64,000 nucleotides of DNA. Origin: Gemmatimonadota bacterium. GTDB taxonomy: Bacteria; Gemmatimonadota; Gemmatimonadetes; Palauibacterales; Palauibacteraceae. Made by a program: the position numbers and the translations under genes. Shown one piece after another: positions 38,264 to 48,291 of this stretch; position 1 is the first letter of the stretch, and each line of letters opens with the position of its first letter. The notes below the pieces were generated by a model that saw nothing but the letters and a program-made list of their open reading frames with translations, had not been told where the DNA came from and did no database searches. The DNA lies in NCBI GenBank assembly GCA_039589875.1, contig JBDHGL010000011.1, positions 16,282 to 80,281 on the forward strand, in the 5' to 3' direction.

Positions 38264-38872
38264 GTGCTCCCGGCCGCTTCGGGTGAAGCCGAGTATCGTG
38301 AGCGGGGTTCTCGCTTTATTGCGGTGTGCCGGGGCGTCGATTCCGAGCAGCAAGCGCGAGACTTCCGCGCAGACGAGCGGCGGCGATACCACGACGCCAG
38401 CCATCACATTGTGGCCGCGCGACTTCATTCCGGTTCCGATCTGTACGATGACGACGGCGAGCCAGCCGGCACCGGTGGGCGCCCGGTTCTGGAAGCGATC
38501 TCCGGGAGCGGCATGACGAACGTCGCCGTCGTCGTGACGCGGTACTTCGGAGGCACGAAGCTCGGCACGGGCCCACTGGCTCGGGCCTACGCGAAGGCTG
38601 CAGGTGATGCGCTGGGGCGAACCGGCCGACGCCGCCGCGTTGTCGGAAAAAAGCTGCACCTGCGCTTCGCGTACGAGGACACGGGCGCGGTAATGCGAGC
38701 GCTGGCGGCTGCACGGGCCCGACGTCTCGGAGACGCGTACTCAGAGCGCAGCGAGCTCGAGATCGGAGTGGCCTTGAGCAAGGTCGGAGGCTTGCGCGAG
38801 ACTCTGCGCGACACGACCGCCGGGCGCATCGAGATCGTCGAGCGCGATGAATCCGTGCTGCTTCCGGAATGA
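38264..38872 (+). CDS. yigZ: YigZ / IMPACT-family (UPF0029) protein
   Basis: ERGSRFIAV, ASHHIVAA, DDDGEPAGTGGRPVL, VVTRYFGGTKLGTGPLARAY. The start is uncertain: GTG 38264 gives an E. coli-like length, while ATG 38180 would overlap glyA by 52 nt. Confidence 0.8.
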   Translation: MLPAASGEAEYRERGSRFIAVCRGVDSEQQARDFRADERRRYHDASHHIVAARLHSGSDLYDDDGEPAGTGGRPVLEAISGSGMTNVAVVVTRYFGGTKLGTGPLARAYAKAAGDALGRTGRRRRVVGKKLHLRFAYEDTGAVMRALAAARARRLGDAYSERSELEIGVALSKVGGLRETLRDTTAGRIEIVERDESVLLPE

Positions 38873-39042
38873 GATGGCCCTCGAGGCGAGCGCGGCCGAG
38901 AACTTGCGGCGCAGGGCCACTTGACCTTCGATGAGGCGCCCGTCAGATTCGGCTGAAGATGGTAGAAGCGCGTTTTTCGGTGTGGCGTTTGGGCTTGCGT
39001 TGGCGGCGGCCCGCCTTCGGGAAGCGGAGGACAGCGGAGAGG

Positions 39043-39435
39043 ATGGACGCGAGAGAGGCCATGATGACGCCGTCTCCGGGTGCAGATATCCTGGGCCGAT
39101 TGGCCCGGCGAAATCCACGCTATGCGGAAGCGGCCTACGTTTTCCTGCTGGAGGCGCTCCATCACCGCCTGCAGCAGCTTGAACGGCCTCGCCACCTTAC
39201 GGGTGCCGAGCTCGCGGAGGCGGTGCGCGATCTCGCGCTGGATCGGTTTGGGCCCCTGGCGCGCACCGTGCTCCAGCATTGGGGGATACACTCCACGTCG
39301 GACATGGGGAATGTCGTGTTCCTGCTCGTGGAGTCGGGGATACTGATTAAGCAGCCCACGGATACGCCGGAGGACTTCGAAGATCTATTCAGCTTCGAAG
39401 AGGCATTCGAGACCGGCTATCCGTGGAGTACATGA
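39043..39435 (+). CDS. Conserved hypothetical, resembles the Minf_1886 / TIGR04138 family as I recall it
   Basis: ILGRLARRNPRYAEAAYVFLLEAL...LTGAELAEAVRDLALDRFG...WGIHSTSDMGNVVFLLVESGIL...FEDLFSFEEAF. Start ATG 39043 (alternative 39061). The ORF-track N-extension from 38959 is W/R-rich and not gene-like. Confidence 0.6.
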   Translation: MDAREAMMTPSPGADILGRLARRNPRYAEAAYVFLLEALHHRLQQLERPRHLTGAELAEAVRDLALDRFGPLARTVLQHWGIHSTSDMGNVVFLLVESGILIKQPTDTPEDFEDLFSFEEAFETGYPWST

Positions 39436-39516
39436 GAAGCGCCAGCCGCGCGTCACACGCTCCCCGAGTAGGAGCGACGCCAAGCCGAACGCCAACCAAC
39501 CGGGAGGGGTGATCGC

Positions 39517-39714
39517 GTGGAGTCTTCGGACCAATTCCCCAGCTGTCTCAAATGCGAGAACGGCGTTCTGATCCCGCTTTCCGATTACGGTCGCGAGGGC
39601 GCGGCTATTCGGTACAAGGCCTGGGTCTGTTCGAATCCGGAGTGCGGGTTCAACATTCGAATCGACAACGGAGAGATCAGCTTCGGCCGCTCCGTCTCTC
39701 AATCCTTTAAGTAA
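39517..39714 (+). CDS. Small (65 aa) zinc-ribbon protein, uncharacterised
   Basis: GTG start 7 nt after GGGAGGGG. Cys pairs CLKC ... CSNPEC. A 7-bp hairpin lies downstream (39724-39743). Confidence 0.6.
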   Translation: MESSDQFPSCLKCENGVLIPLSDYGREGAAIRYKAWVCSNPECGFNIRIDNGEISFGRSVSQSFK

Positions 39715-39753
39715 CGCCCCAGCCCGTCGGTCGATCCCGACGGCTCGGATGGC

Positions 39754-41364
39754 ATGATGCTCGAACACGAGACGGCTCCGCCCCTTCCCCGAGGTGCCGA
39801 GGTCGTCTGGCTTCCCACCGCGGCCGAGATTGCAGAGCTCGATCGCCACGCGACCGAATCAGGTGCGATTCCCGAGCGGGCGCTGATCGAATCGGCAGGT
39901 AGAGAGCTCGCCCACTCCCTCCAGAACAGCTTTCCGGTTGGCCCCGTGCTGGCCCTGGCCGGCAGCGGTCACAATGGAGCCGATGCGCTCGCGGCCGTCC
40001 GCACGCTGGCTGCCTGGGGGCGTGAAGTGTCGGCCGTGGGTTGCGGGTCCCGTCCTCCGGAGCCGGATGTGCTGGCCGGATGGTCGATCGACCTTCGACG
40101 CCCGGATGAGCTTCCCTCGCTGCTTGCCGAATCCTCGGTAGTGATCGATGGGCTGCTCGGTACCGGCGTCACCGGTCCTCCCCGGGAGCCGATCGCCGCG
40201 CTGATCAGAACGGCAAACGAGTCCGGCTTGCCGATCGTCGCCGTGGATGGCCCGAGCGGGGCCGATTTCACCACCGGTATCGTGCCCGGCGAGTGCATTC
40301 AGGCGACGCTGACCGTGAGTCTCGGCTGGCCGAAGCTGGGTCTCCTCCGTTTTCCCGCCCGAAGCCGCTGCGGAGATCTGGTTGCCGTGGAGATCGGATT
40401 TCCGCCCCCCCCAGAGCCCATGGGCTTCAGGGCGATTACCGATGCCTGGGTCGCGGCGACGCTCGTTCCGCGCTCGGCGGACGGCCACAAGGGTCGAGCC
40501 GGATACGTTGCCATCGTGGCCGGGCAAAGCGGGATGGCGGGCGCGTCGGTCTTGTCCGCCCGCGGGGCCTTACGGGCGGGCGCCGGCATCGTGAAAGTGG
40601 TAGGAGATCCGGCAAACCGGGAGATCGTTCAGAAATCGGTGCCGGAGTCGATCTTCGTGCCATGGGATGAGCCGGACTCCGTCCGTGACGCGATCGACTG
40701 GGCTCATACTGTGGCCCTGGGGCCTGGGCTGGGAGCAGGCGATGAAGCGCGCTCGCTGGTGGAGACGGTACTCGAAGCGACGTCCAGCCATGGCAAGCCG
40801 TTGGTTCTCGACGCGGATGGCCTGAACGTGTGGGCGGGGGAAGCGACGGAGCTGGGTGGCCGCATCCCGGCCGGCTCCCTTGTCACGCCGCATCCCGGTG
40901 AGCTGAGCAGGCTCATGGCCGTCCCGCTGGAGGAGATCACTTCCGACCCTGCGTCCGCGGTCCGCGAAGCCGGCCGTGTACTCGGCTGTGCGGTTCTGCT
41001 CAAGGGCTCTCCGTCTCTGGTGGCGGACGGCGATGCGCCCGTTCGCGTGAGCACCACGGGCGACTCCGCGTTGGCCACCGGCGGCGTAGGCGATGTGTTG
41101 ACTGGGCTCATCGGGGCCTATCTGGCCGCCGGGATGGCGGCGGCCGATGCGGCTGCGGCCGCGCTGCACGTTTCGGGTCTTGCCGCGCTGCTCGCGCCCG
41201 AACCGGTGGGACATGCGGCCGGTGACCTGCCCGAGCGATTACCGGCGGCCAGAGCTCGTCTGAGGGGTGTGGATGCCGTGAGCTACCCGTACCTGTTCGT
41301 TCTTCCGGCGCCGCGCGGTGGATCTCCGGAACCACCGTCGGCGGGAGCGGCTCCGCTCTCCTGA
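39754..41364 (+). CDS. nnr: Bifunctional NAD(P)H-hydrate repair enzyme (epimerase plus ADP-dependent dehydratase)
   Basis: N-terminal YjeF_N (LAGSGHNGADALA, DGLLGTG); C-terminal carbohydrate-kinase domain (HKGRAGYVAIVAG, GGVGDVLTGLIG). Confidence 0.92.
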   Translation: MMLEHETAPPLPRGAEVVWLPTAAEIAELDRHATESGAIPERALIESAGRELAHSLQNSFPVGPVLALAGSGHNGADALAAVRTLAAWGREVSAVGCGSRPPEPDVLAGWSIDLRRPDELPSLLAESSVVIDGLLGTGVTGPPREPIAALIRTANESGLPIVAVDGPSGADFTTGIVPGECIQATLTVSLGWPKLGLLRFPARSRCGDLVAVEIGFPPPPEPMGFRAITDAWVAATLVPRSADGHKGRAGYVAIVAGQSGMAGASVLSARGALRAGAGIVKVVGDPANREIVQKSVPESIFVPWDEPDSVRDAIDWAHTVALGPGLGAGDEARSLVETVLEATSSHGKPLVLDADGLNVWAGEATELGGRIPAGSLVTPHPGELSRLMAVPLEEITSDPASAVREAGRVLGCAVLLKGSPSLVADGDAPVRVSTTGDSALATGGVGDVLTGLIGAYLAAGMAAADAAAAALHVSGLAALLAPEPVGHAAGDLPERLPAARARLRGVDAVSYPYLFVLPAPRGGSPEPPSAGAAPLS

Positions 41365-41381
41365 GCCGTGACGCGGTGCCT

Positions 41382-42404
41382 ATGAGCGACTCGCCGCAGC
41401 CAGCGGGACGAATGAAGCCCGGGCCGGAGTTCGATCGGATTCGGGCGTTTCTCCGGGCGGCTCGAGCATCGGCCCCCGAGATCCAAATCCCTCCGGGCGA
41501 TGACGCCGCAGTCGTTGGTTGGGAGCGAGACACATCGGTGGTTCTGAGCACGGACGCCTTCGTGGAGGGTGTCCACTTTCGACGAGCTTGGCTGCAGTGG
41601 GATGCAGTCGGATATCGAGCGACGGCTGCCGCCCTCTCCGATATGGCGGCCATGGCCGCGCGTCCCGTCGGCGTCCTCGTCTCCCTGATCGTTCCGCCGG
41701 AGACGGAGGAGGGCACGCTCGTTGAGCTCGGGGAAGGGGTCGGTAACTGTCTCCGGCGATACGAGGCGGGGCTGCTAGGCGGTGATCTGGCGCACACCGC
41801 GGGAGAGTTGGTCATCGACATCTGCGCGCTGGGCGTTGCGGACGACCCGATCGGGCGCGGTGGGGCGAGGGTCGGTGACGAGGTATGGCTCACCGGGGCG
41901 GTCGGGGGAGCCGCCGCAGCCGTGCGGGCGTGGAGTCGCTCGCTCGAACCCGATCCCCGGGCACGCGCCGCCTTCGAGCGGCCTACCGCCAGAGTGGCGG
42001 AAGCCCGTTGGCTCCAGGACCGTATGGTGTTGAAGGCTCTGATCGATGTGTCGGACGGCCTGGCAAGCGATGCTCACCAGATCGCCGCCGCTTCCCGCTG
42101 TCGGCTGTTGATCGACGTGGATGCGGTCCCGTTGGCGCCGCCGCTGTCCGAATACGCCAGCCGAGAGGCAGCTCTGCGAATCGCCCTGACGGGCGGTGAA
42201 GACTACGAGCTGCTCCTCTGCTGTCAGGCGGGCAGCGGCGACGAGGTCCGGCGGGAGTTCGAGGAGCGCTTCGGCGCCGGCCTGACGAGAATCGGAACGG
42301 TGCAGGGGGGCGAAACCGGCGTGTCATGGACGTCGAGCCGAGGAACGGTGGTTCCGGCGGACCTCGAAGGATACGACCATTTTGCTCCGGAGACCGACGA
42401 GTGA
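41382..42404 (+). CDS. thiL: Thiamine-monophosphate kinase
   Basis: GDDAAVV, STDAFVEGVHF, LSDMAAMAARP, GGDL, GGEDYELL. Alternative starts are GTG 41376 and ATG 41412. Confidence 0.9.
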   Translation: MSDSPQPAGRMKPGPEFDRIRAFLRAARASAPEIQIPPGDDAAVVGWERDTSVVLSTDAFVEGVHFRRAWLQWDAVGYRATAAALSDMAAMAARPVGVLVSLIVPPETEEGTLVELGEGVGNCLRRYEAGLLGGDLAHTAGELVIDICALGVADDPIGRGGARVGDEVWLTGAVGGAAAAVRAWSRSLEPDPRARAAFERPTARVAEARWLQDRMVLKALIDVSDGLASDAHQIAAASRCRLLIDVDAVPLAPPLSEYASREAALRIALTGGEDYELLLCCQAGSGDEVRREFEERFGAGLTRIGTVQGGETGVSWTSSRGTVVPADLEGYDHFAPETDE

Positions 42405-43177
42405 TACGCACTCTGGTGTTCGGCGTCGTCGTTTTCTTCTCGACCATGTTCTTTTCGCTGGTGGGAATCGCCGCCGGCCTCATCCGCGCACGCAAGGGCG
42501 CCTACGACTGGGTGCACCGCAACTGGTCGCGCACGGTTCTCCGGACGGCCGGCGTCGAGGTCCGGGTCAGCGGTCTCGAGAACGTGGAGGCCGGCGGCGC
42601 ACAGATCTTCGTCTGTAACCACCAGTCCATGTTCGACATCTGGGCCCTGTTCGCCACGCTGCCGGTGTCGCTCCGCTTCATCACCAAGAAGGAGCTGTCA
42701 CGGATTCCCATCTTCGCGCACGCGATGCGCTACGCCGGACACGTTTTCATCGACAGGAAGGATCGAGCGCAGGCGGCTGAGGCGATGCGGCGAGCCGGGG
42801 CGCGCATGCAGGCCGAGGGGCTGTCGCTCGGCCTCTTCCCGGAAGGCACGCGCTCTCGCGACGGCGTGCTCGGATCGTTCAAGAAGGGGTCTTTCGCGCT
42901 CGCCATCGAGACCCAGACGACGCTGGTACCGATCGCGATCGACGGCGGCGCGGAGATCACGGCCGGTCCGATGCGCATCCGGCCGCGTGCGATCCTGATG
43001 TCTTGTGGCCAACCGATCCCGCTGGCCGGGATGACGGTGCAGGACCGCGACGCGCTGATGACCCGCTCCCGCGCCCAGATTGCCGGCATGCTGGAGCGGG
43101 CCCGCGGCGCGCCACCCGTCCCGGAAGAGCGCGCCGCCGGCGAATCGGCCCGTCCGGCCGCTAGCGGTCCGGCGTAA
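42401..43177 (+). CDS. plsC: 1-acyl-sn-glycerol-3-phosphate acyltransferase
   Basis: NHQSMFDIW (HX4D), FPEGTRSRDG. GTGA overlap with thiL. Confidence 0.9.
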   Translation: MIRTLVFGVVVFFSTMFFSLVGIAAGLIRARKGAYDWVHRNWSRTVLRTAGVEVRVSGLENVEAGGAQIFVCNHQSMFDIWALFATLPVSLRFITKKELSRIPIFAHAMRYAGHVFIDRKDRAQAAEAMRRAGARMQAEGLSLGLFPEGTRSRDGVLGSFKKGSFALAIETQTTLVPIAIDGGAEITAGPMRIRPRAILMSCGQPIPLAGMTVQDRDALMTRSRAQIAGMLERARGAPPVPEERAAGESARPAASGPA

Positions 43178-43974
43178 AGAAGAGCGGGACGCCGCCCTCG
43201 GTGGGCGCGATCACGAGGTTGTTGCTTCCCGCTCCGACCTCCCCGAGCATCTCCAGGTATCGCCAGTACAGATAGCGTTGGCCGGCCGCACCGGTCAGGC
43301 TCTCGGCGATGACCTCCTGAGCGTCGCGGATTCCCTCCGCCTCGGCTCGCTTCTGATTCGCCTGTTCCTCCACGACTCTCGTCTGGAAGCCCTCGGCCTG
43401 CACCTGCTGCTCGCGCGCCAGCTTGTCTTCGATCGCCAGGCGGCGAGAGCTTCTCGGACATCAGCACTTCGATTCGTCCGCCGATTCCCGCCCGCTCACG
43501 AGAGAGGATGTTCGCAGCCCCGACCTCGGCGACCGCATCTCGCACGGCGGACCGGTACGTGTTGTACACGAAGTTGTGGATTGCGCGATTGTCCCCGACC
43601 GTGAGGAAGAGGTGCACCACGGAGTCCGGGTTGAGCCGGTAACGATACGCCGCGTCCACCTCGATCGTCAGCTGATCCATGGTCAGGGCGGCCAGTCTCT
43701 CGCTCTGGCCGGATGGCGGATACTCCACCTCGCGTAGCTGATAGTTGGTCCAGGACCGTATGATCGAATGGTAGAGTCCCTGACGGTATGGATGGGAGTC
43801 CACTGCTCCGGTCAACGGGTTGCGCTTCACCGACACCTCGAAATCGTTAACGCGGTTGAAGCCGAAGAGCAGCAAGAGGGCGACGACGATCACGAGGATC
43901 CCGGAGCCCACGGCCCCGGCACCACGGAATGTCTTCTTCAGGTCGAATCCCGATCTTCTGATCGGAGTGCTCAT
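43161..43974 (-). pseudogene. SPFH/band-7 (prohibitin/HflC-like) gene interrupted by a +1 frame change near 43437-43463
   Basis: ATG 43974 follows AAGGAGG, giving a TM anchor plus SPFH core in one frame. The family-typical C-terminus (LAIEDKLAREQQVQAEGFQ...AEAEGIRDAQEVIAESL...NNLVIAP) sits in the +1 frame (ORF 43161..43403). No single ORF covers both parts. Confidence 0.7.
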
Positions 43975-43990
43975 CCGTTCCTCCTTGTAG

Positions 43991-45418
<1,428 letters not shown>

Positions 45419-45453
45419 GGATGTCCCGCCCCTAACCAGCGATCCGGAGAACC

Positions 45454-45777
45454 ATGCCCGAAAGGTTACGTCGGATCGGCCTGCGGCTCCTCATCGGAGC
45501 ACTGTGGCTGGCCGGGGGGTATTATTTTCTGCTCGGCGGTGGGTATTCGGCGTTCGATCTCCGCGAACTCAGGGCGGAGCGCCGGACGTTGACCCTACGT
45601 ATCGATTCGCTGGCTGCGGTCGTCGATTCACTGGAGGCGTGGGCGGACAGCCTCGATTCCACCCCGGCGGCAATAGAGAAGGTGGCCCGCGAGCGCTTCG
45701 GTTTCATTCGCGATGGCGAGCATCTTTACCGCATCGTCGAGGTAGATGCGCGTGGTGGCGGCAAGGTTGACCGGTAG
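45454..45777 (+). CDS. ftsB: Septum formation initiator FtsB/DivIC family
   Basis: N-terminal TM, coiled coil, IEKVARERFGFIRDGEHLYRI. Conserved eno-ftsB pairing. Confidence 0.8.
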   Translation: MPERLRRIGLRLLIGALWLAGGYYFLLGGGYSAFDLRELRAERRTLTLRIDSLAAVVDSLEAWADSLDSTPAAIEKVARERFGFIRDGEHLYRIVEVDARGGGKVDR

Positions 45778-45797
45778 GTTTTCCGGCCGCCTTTTTT
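45757..45797 (+). terminator. Possible hairpin plus T6 tract overlapping the ftsB stop
   Basis: GGCGGC (45757-62) can pair with GCCGCC (45786-91), with an inner CCGG/CCGG pair, followed by TTTTTT 45792-97. The tRNA starts only 9 nt later, so terminator function is doubtful. Confidence 0.25.
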
Positions 45798-45806
45798 GGT
45801 GGGTGA

Positions 45807-45880
45807 GGCAGGGTAGCTCAGCCTGGTAGAGCAAGGGACTCATAAGCCCTGGGTCGCGGGTTCAAATCCCGCCCCTGCCA
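45807..45880 (+). tRNA. tRNA with CAT anticodon (elongator tRNA-Met, or tRNA-Ile2 if lysidinylated)
   Basis: Hand-folded cloverleaf, 74 nt, no encoded CCA: acceptor GGCAGGG/CCCTGCC, D stem GCTC/GAGC, anticodon loop CTCATAA, T arm GCGGG-TTCAAAT-CCCGC. A G1-C72 pair and no G29-31/C39-41 run, so not an initiator. Confidence 0.9.
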
Positions 45881-45896
45881 TAGATCTGCAGCGAGG

Positions 45897-45928
45897 CCCC
45901 GCCGGCCCACCCGGCGGGGCTTTCGCTT
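45897..45928 (+). terminator. Rho-independent terminator after the tRNA
   Basis: 9-bp GC stem CCCCGCCGG / CCGGCGGGG, loop CCCAC, then CTTTCGCTTTCC. Confidence 0.6.
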
Positions 45929-45950
45929 TCCGCCGAGGGAGAGATCGAGG

Positions 45951-47450
45951 GTGACCGATTCGAACGCGTCGCGCGAAGTGCTGCTCCGGCTCTCCGGAGA
46001 GCTCAGCACAAAAGCGCGCCGGACGCGCAGGCGCTTCGAAAAGCGCCTGGTTCGGAACCTCGCGGACGCCGGCCGCGCGCACGATCTGCGTTGGCGAGTG
46101 GCCCGGAAATGGAGCCGCCTGGTGGTGTCATGTCCCGATCAACCCGTAGACGATGTACTGGAGGTCGTGGGTCGCGTCTTCGGCGTGAGCTCCTACTCGA
46201 TCATCGACGGCCGTTGTCGAGCGTCGCTGGACGAGATCGTCGAGCGTGGCCGGGCTCTGTACGCGGAGGAAGTGAAGGGGCGGCGGTTCGCGGTTCGAGC
46301 TCGGCGCGTCGGCAAGCACTCCTTCAGCTCCTACGACGTCCAGCGAGAGCTCGGCACCGCGCTCAACCCTGGAGCGACGGTCGACCTGTCTCACCCGGAT
46401 GTCGTGGTCGGAGTCGAGGTTCGAGAGCAGGACGTCTATTTCGTGGGCACGCCTCGGCCCGGCGCCGCCGGTCTGCCGCTCGGCGTTCAGGGGAAAGCCG
46501 TCGCGCTGATCTCGGGCGGATACGACTCTGCCGTCGCGGCCTGGATGACCCTGCGCCGCGGTGTCGAGCTGGATTACCTGTTCTGCAACCTCGGCGGAGC
46601 CGCCTACAGGCGCCTGACCATCGAGGTCGTCAAGGCGCTCACAGACCGCTGGAGCTACGGGACCGAGCCGCGCCTCCACGTGGTCGACTTCGGGCCCGTG
46701 ATGGATGAATTCCGGCGGACCGTCAAGCCTGCCTATTGGCAGGTGACGCTCAAGCGGATGATGTATCTGGCGGCGGCCGAGGTGGCGGAGGAGGTTGGGG
46801 CGGACGCGATCGTTACGGGTGAGTCGATCGGCCAGGTTTCGTCCCAGACGCTCGCCAACCTGAGAGCGATCGACGCAGTGGCTCCGCTTCCCGTAATCCG
46901 TCCGCTCGTCGGATTCGACAAGGAAGAGATCCTGGAACGCGCACGACGGATCGGCACGTACGACCTCTCCTCGCGCGTTCGCGAGTACTGTGACATAGTC
47001 CCGGACCGGCCCGTCACGGCAGCTCGGACCGAAGTGGTCGCGCAGGTGGAGAGAGAGGTCGACCTGAGTGTTCTCAGGGCCGCCGTGGCCGAACGCGACG
47101 TGCTCGAGCCGCGCGCAGTGGACGTGGCGGAGCTCGTCGGCTCGCATCTTTTCGTGAGTGAAATCGGGGACCGAGCCGTCGTGATCGATACGCGCGATCC
47201 GGCCGCCTACCTCGATTGGCACTGGCCGGGTGCCTTGCACCGGGACCACGATGACCTTTTGCGTGGGCTTGGAGATTTGGAGCGCGATCACACCTATGTT
47301 CTGTACTGCGGGGAGGGGATCATCAGTGCCCACCTCGCCGAGCGGATGCAGTCAAAAGGGTACGAGGCGTACAGTTTCAGAGGGGGAGTTCGAGGACTGC
47401 GCCGCTTCGAGCGAGCTGCTGAAGGCGTCAAAGCCGACCCGGATGGCTAG
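45951..47450 (+). CDS. thiI: tRNA 4-thiouridine(8) synthase ThiI with C-terminal rhodanese domain
   Basis: LRLSGELSTKARRTRRRFE, PP-loop LISGGYDSAVAAW, C-terminal rhodanese with CGEG active-site loop. Confidence 0.9.
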   Translation: MTDSNASREVLLRLSGELSTKARRTRRRFEKRLVRNLADAGRAHDLRWRVARKWSRLVVSCPDQPVDDVLEVVGRVFGVSSYSIIDGRCRASLDEIVERGRALYAEEVKGRRFAVRARRVGKHSFSSYDVQRELGTALNPGATVDLSHPDVVVGVEVREQDVYFVGTPRPGAAGLPLGVQGKAVALISGGYDSAVAAWMTLRRGVELDYLFCNLGGAAYRRLTIEVVKALTDRWSYGTEPRLHVVDFGPVMDEFRRTVKPAYWQVTLKRMMYLAAAEVAEEVGADAIVTGESIGQVSSQTLANLRAIDAVAPLPVIRPLVGFDKEEILERARRIGTYDLSSRVREYCDIVPDRPVTAARTEVVAQVEREVDLSVLRAAVAERDVLEPRAVDVAELVGSHLFVSEIGDRAVVIDTRDPAAYLDWHWPGALHRDHDDLLRGLGDLERDHTYVLYCGEGIISAHLAERMQSKGYEAYSFRGGVRGLRRFERAAEGVKADPDG

Positions 47451-47480
47451 CTCGTTCAGCGGATACAAACGATGGATCTT

Positions 47481-47509
47481 TTGACACTTCCGTCCACGCA
47501 CAGCAAAAT
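47481..47509 (+). promoter_or_regulatory. Putative sigma70-like promoter TTGACA-17 nt-CAAAAT, ending 8 nt before the uppS ATG
   Basis: Hexamers at 47481-86 and 47504-09. No SD lies between the -10 element and ATG 47518. Confidence 0.4.
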
Positions 47510-47517
47510 GCGGCGCC

Positions 47518-48276
47518 ATGACCGATGATCGTTCCGCGACCGCGGACCGCCTGCAGGCGCAGGTTCTAAGAGGCGAGATCCCCACGCACGTGGCCGTCAT
47601 CATGGACGGAAACGGGCGGTGGGCCGAAGCACGTGGGCTTCCCCGGTGGGAGGGCCATCATGAAGGTGCGTTAGCGGTCCGGGAAGCAGTAATCGCCTGT
47701 TTGGAGATCGGCGTTCGCTACCTGACCTTATACGCCTTCTCCGAGGAGAATTGGCTGCGGCCGCATTCCGAAATCGAAGCCCTCATGGATCTCCTCGCCG
47801 ATTACGCGGCCAGCCAAAAGGAAGAGCTCTGTGAACGAGGAGTGCGCGTACGGGTGTTCGGCGATCTCGAAAGGGTGTCGGATGCCGCCCGCTCTGCGGT
47901 AGGGCGATTGGTGGAGGGCACGCAGCTCGGCGAGGATCTTTCCCTGAACCTCGCGATCAGCTACGGATCCCGATCGGAGATCGCGAGGGCGGCGCGGGCT
48001 CTCGCGGAAGCGGTGATTGCCGGCAACCTTCGACCCGAGGAGATCGACGTCGAACGGTTCGCGGAGGAGCTGTATACCGTAGGACTCCCGGACCCGGATC
48101 TGCTGATTCGGACGTCGGGCGAGCAGAGAGTGTCCAACTTCCTTCTCTGGCAGATCGCGTACTCTGAGCTCTTCGTCACGCCTGTTCTGTGGCCCGACTT
48201 CGATCGGAGTGCGCTCTTCGAAGCCATACTGGATTACCAGCGCCGGGAGCGCCGCTACGGCCGGGTCGAGGTCTGA
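47518..48276 (+). CDS. uppS: Undecaprenyl-diphosphate synthase (cis-prenyltransferase)
   Basis: HVAVIMDGNGRWA, TLYAFSEENW, IRTSGEQRVSNFLLWQIAYSEL. Confidence 0.95.
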   Translation: MTDDRSATADRLQAQVLRGEIPTHVAVIMDGNGRWAEARGLPRWEGHHEGALAVREAVIACLEIGVRYLTLYAFSEENWLRPHSEIEALMDLLADYAASQKEELCERGVRVRVFGDLERVSDAARSAVGRLVEGTQLGEDLSLNLAISYGSRSEIARAARALAEAVIAGNLRPEEIDVERFAEELYTVGLPDPDLLIRTSGEQRVSNFLLWQIAYSELFVTPVLWPDFDRSALFEAILDYQRRERRYGRVEV

Positions 48277-48291
48277 TCTGACCTCTGGGAC

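Noticed and set aside
38873-39042. 170-nt spacer after yigZ examined for a terminator, riboswitch or small ORF
   Set aside because: Only weak, imperfect stems are present. ORF 38931..39182 and the 38959 extension are W/R/G-rich with no SD. I recognised no known RNA motif.
39385-39849. 154-aa ORF on the - strand covering the Zn-ribbon gene
   Set aside because: It overlaps the end of the Minf_1886-like gene and the start of nnr and has no SD or motifs. The + strand 65-aa ORF has a strong SD and paired Cys motifs.
45807-45950. tRNA gene as a possible genomic-island integration site
   Set aside because: There is no integrase, no direct repeat of the tRNA 3' end and no compositional break. It is followed directly by the housekeeping gene thiI.
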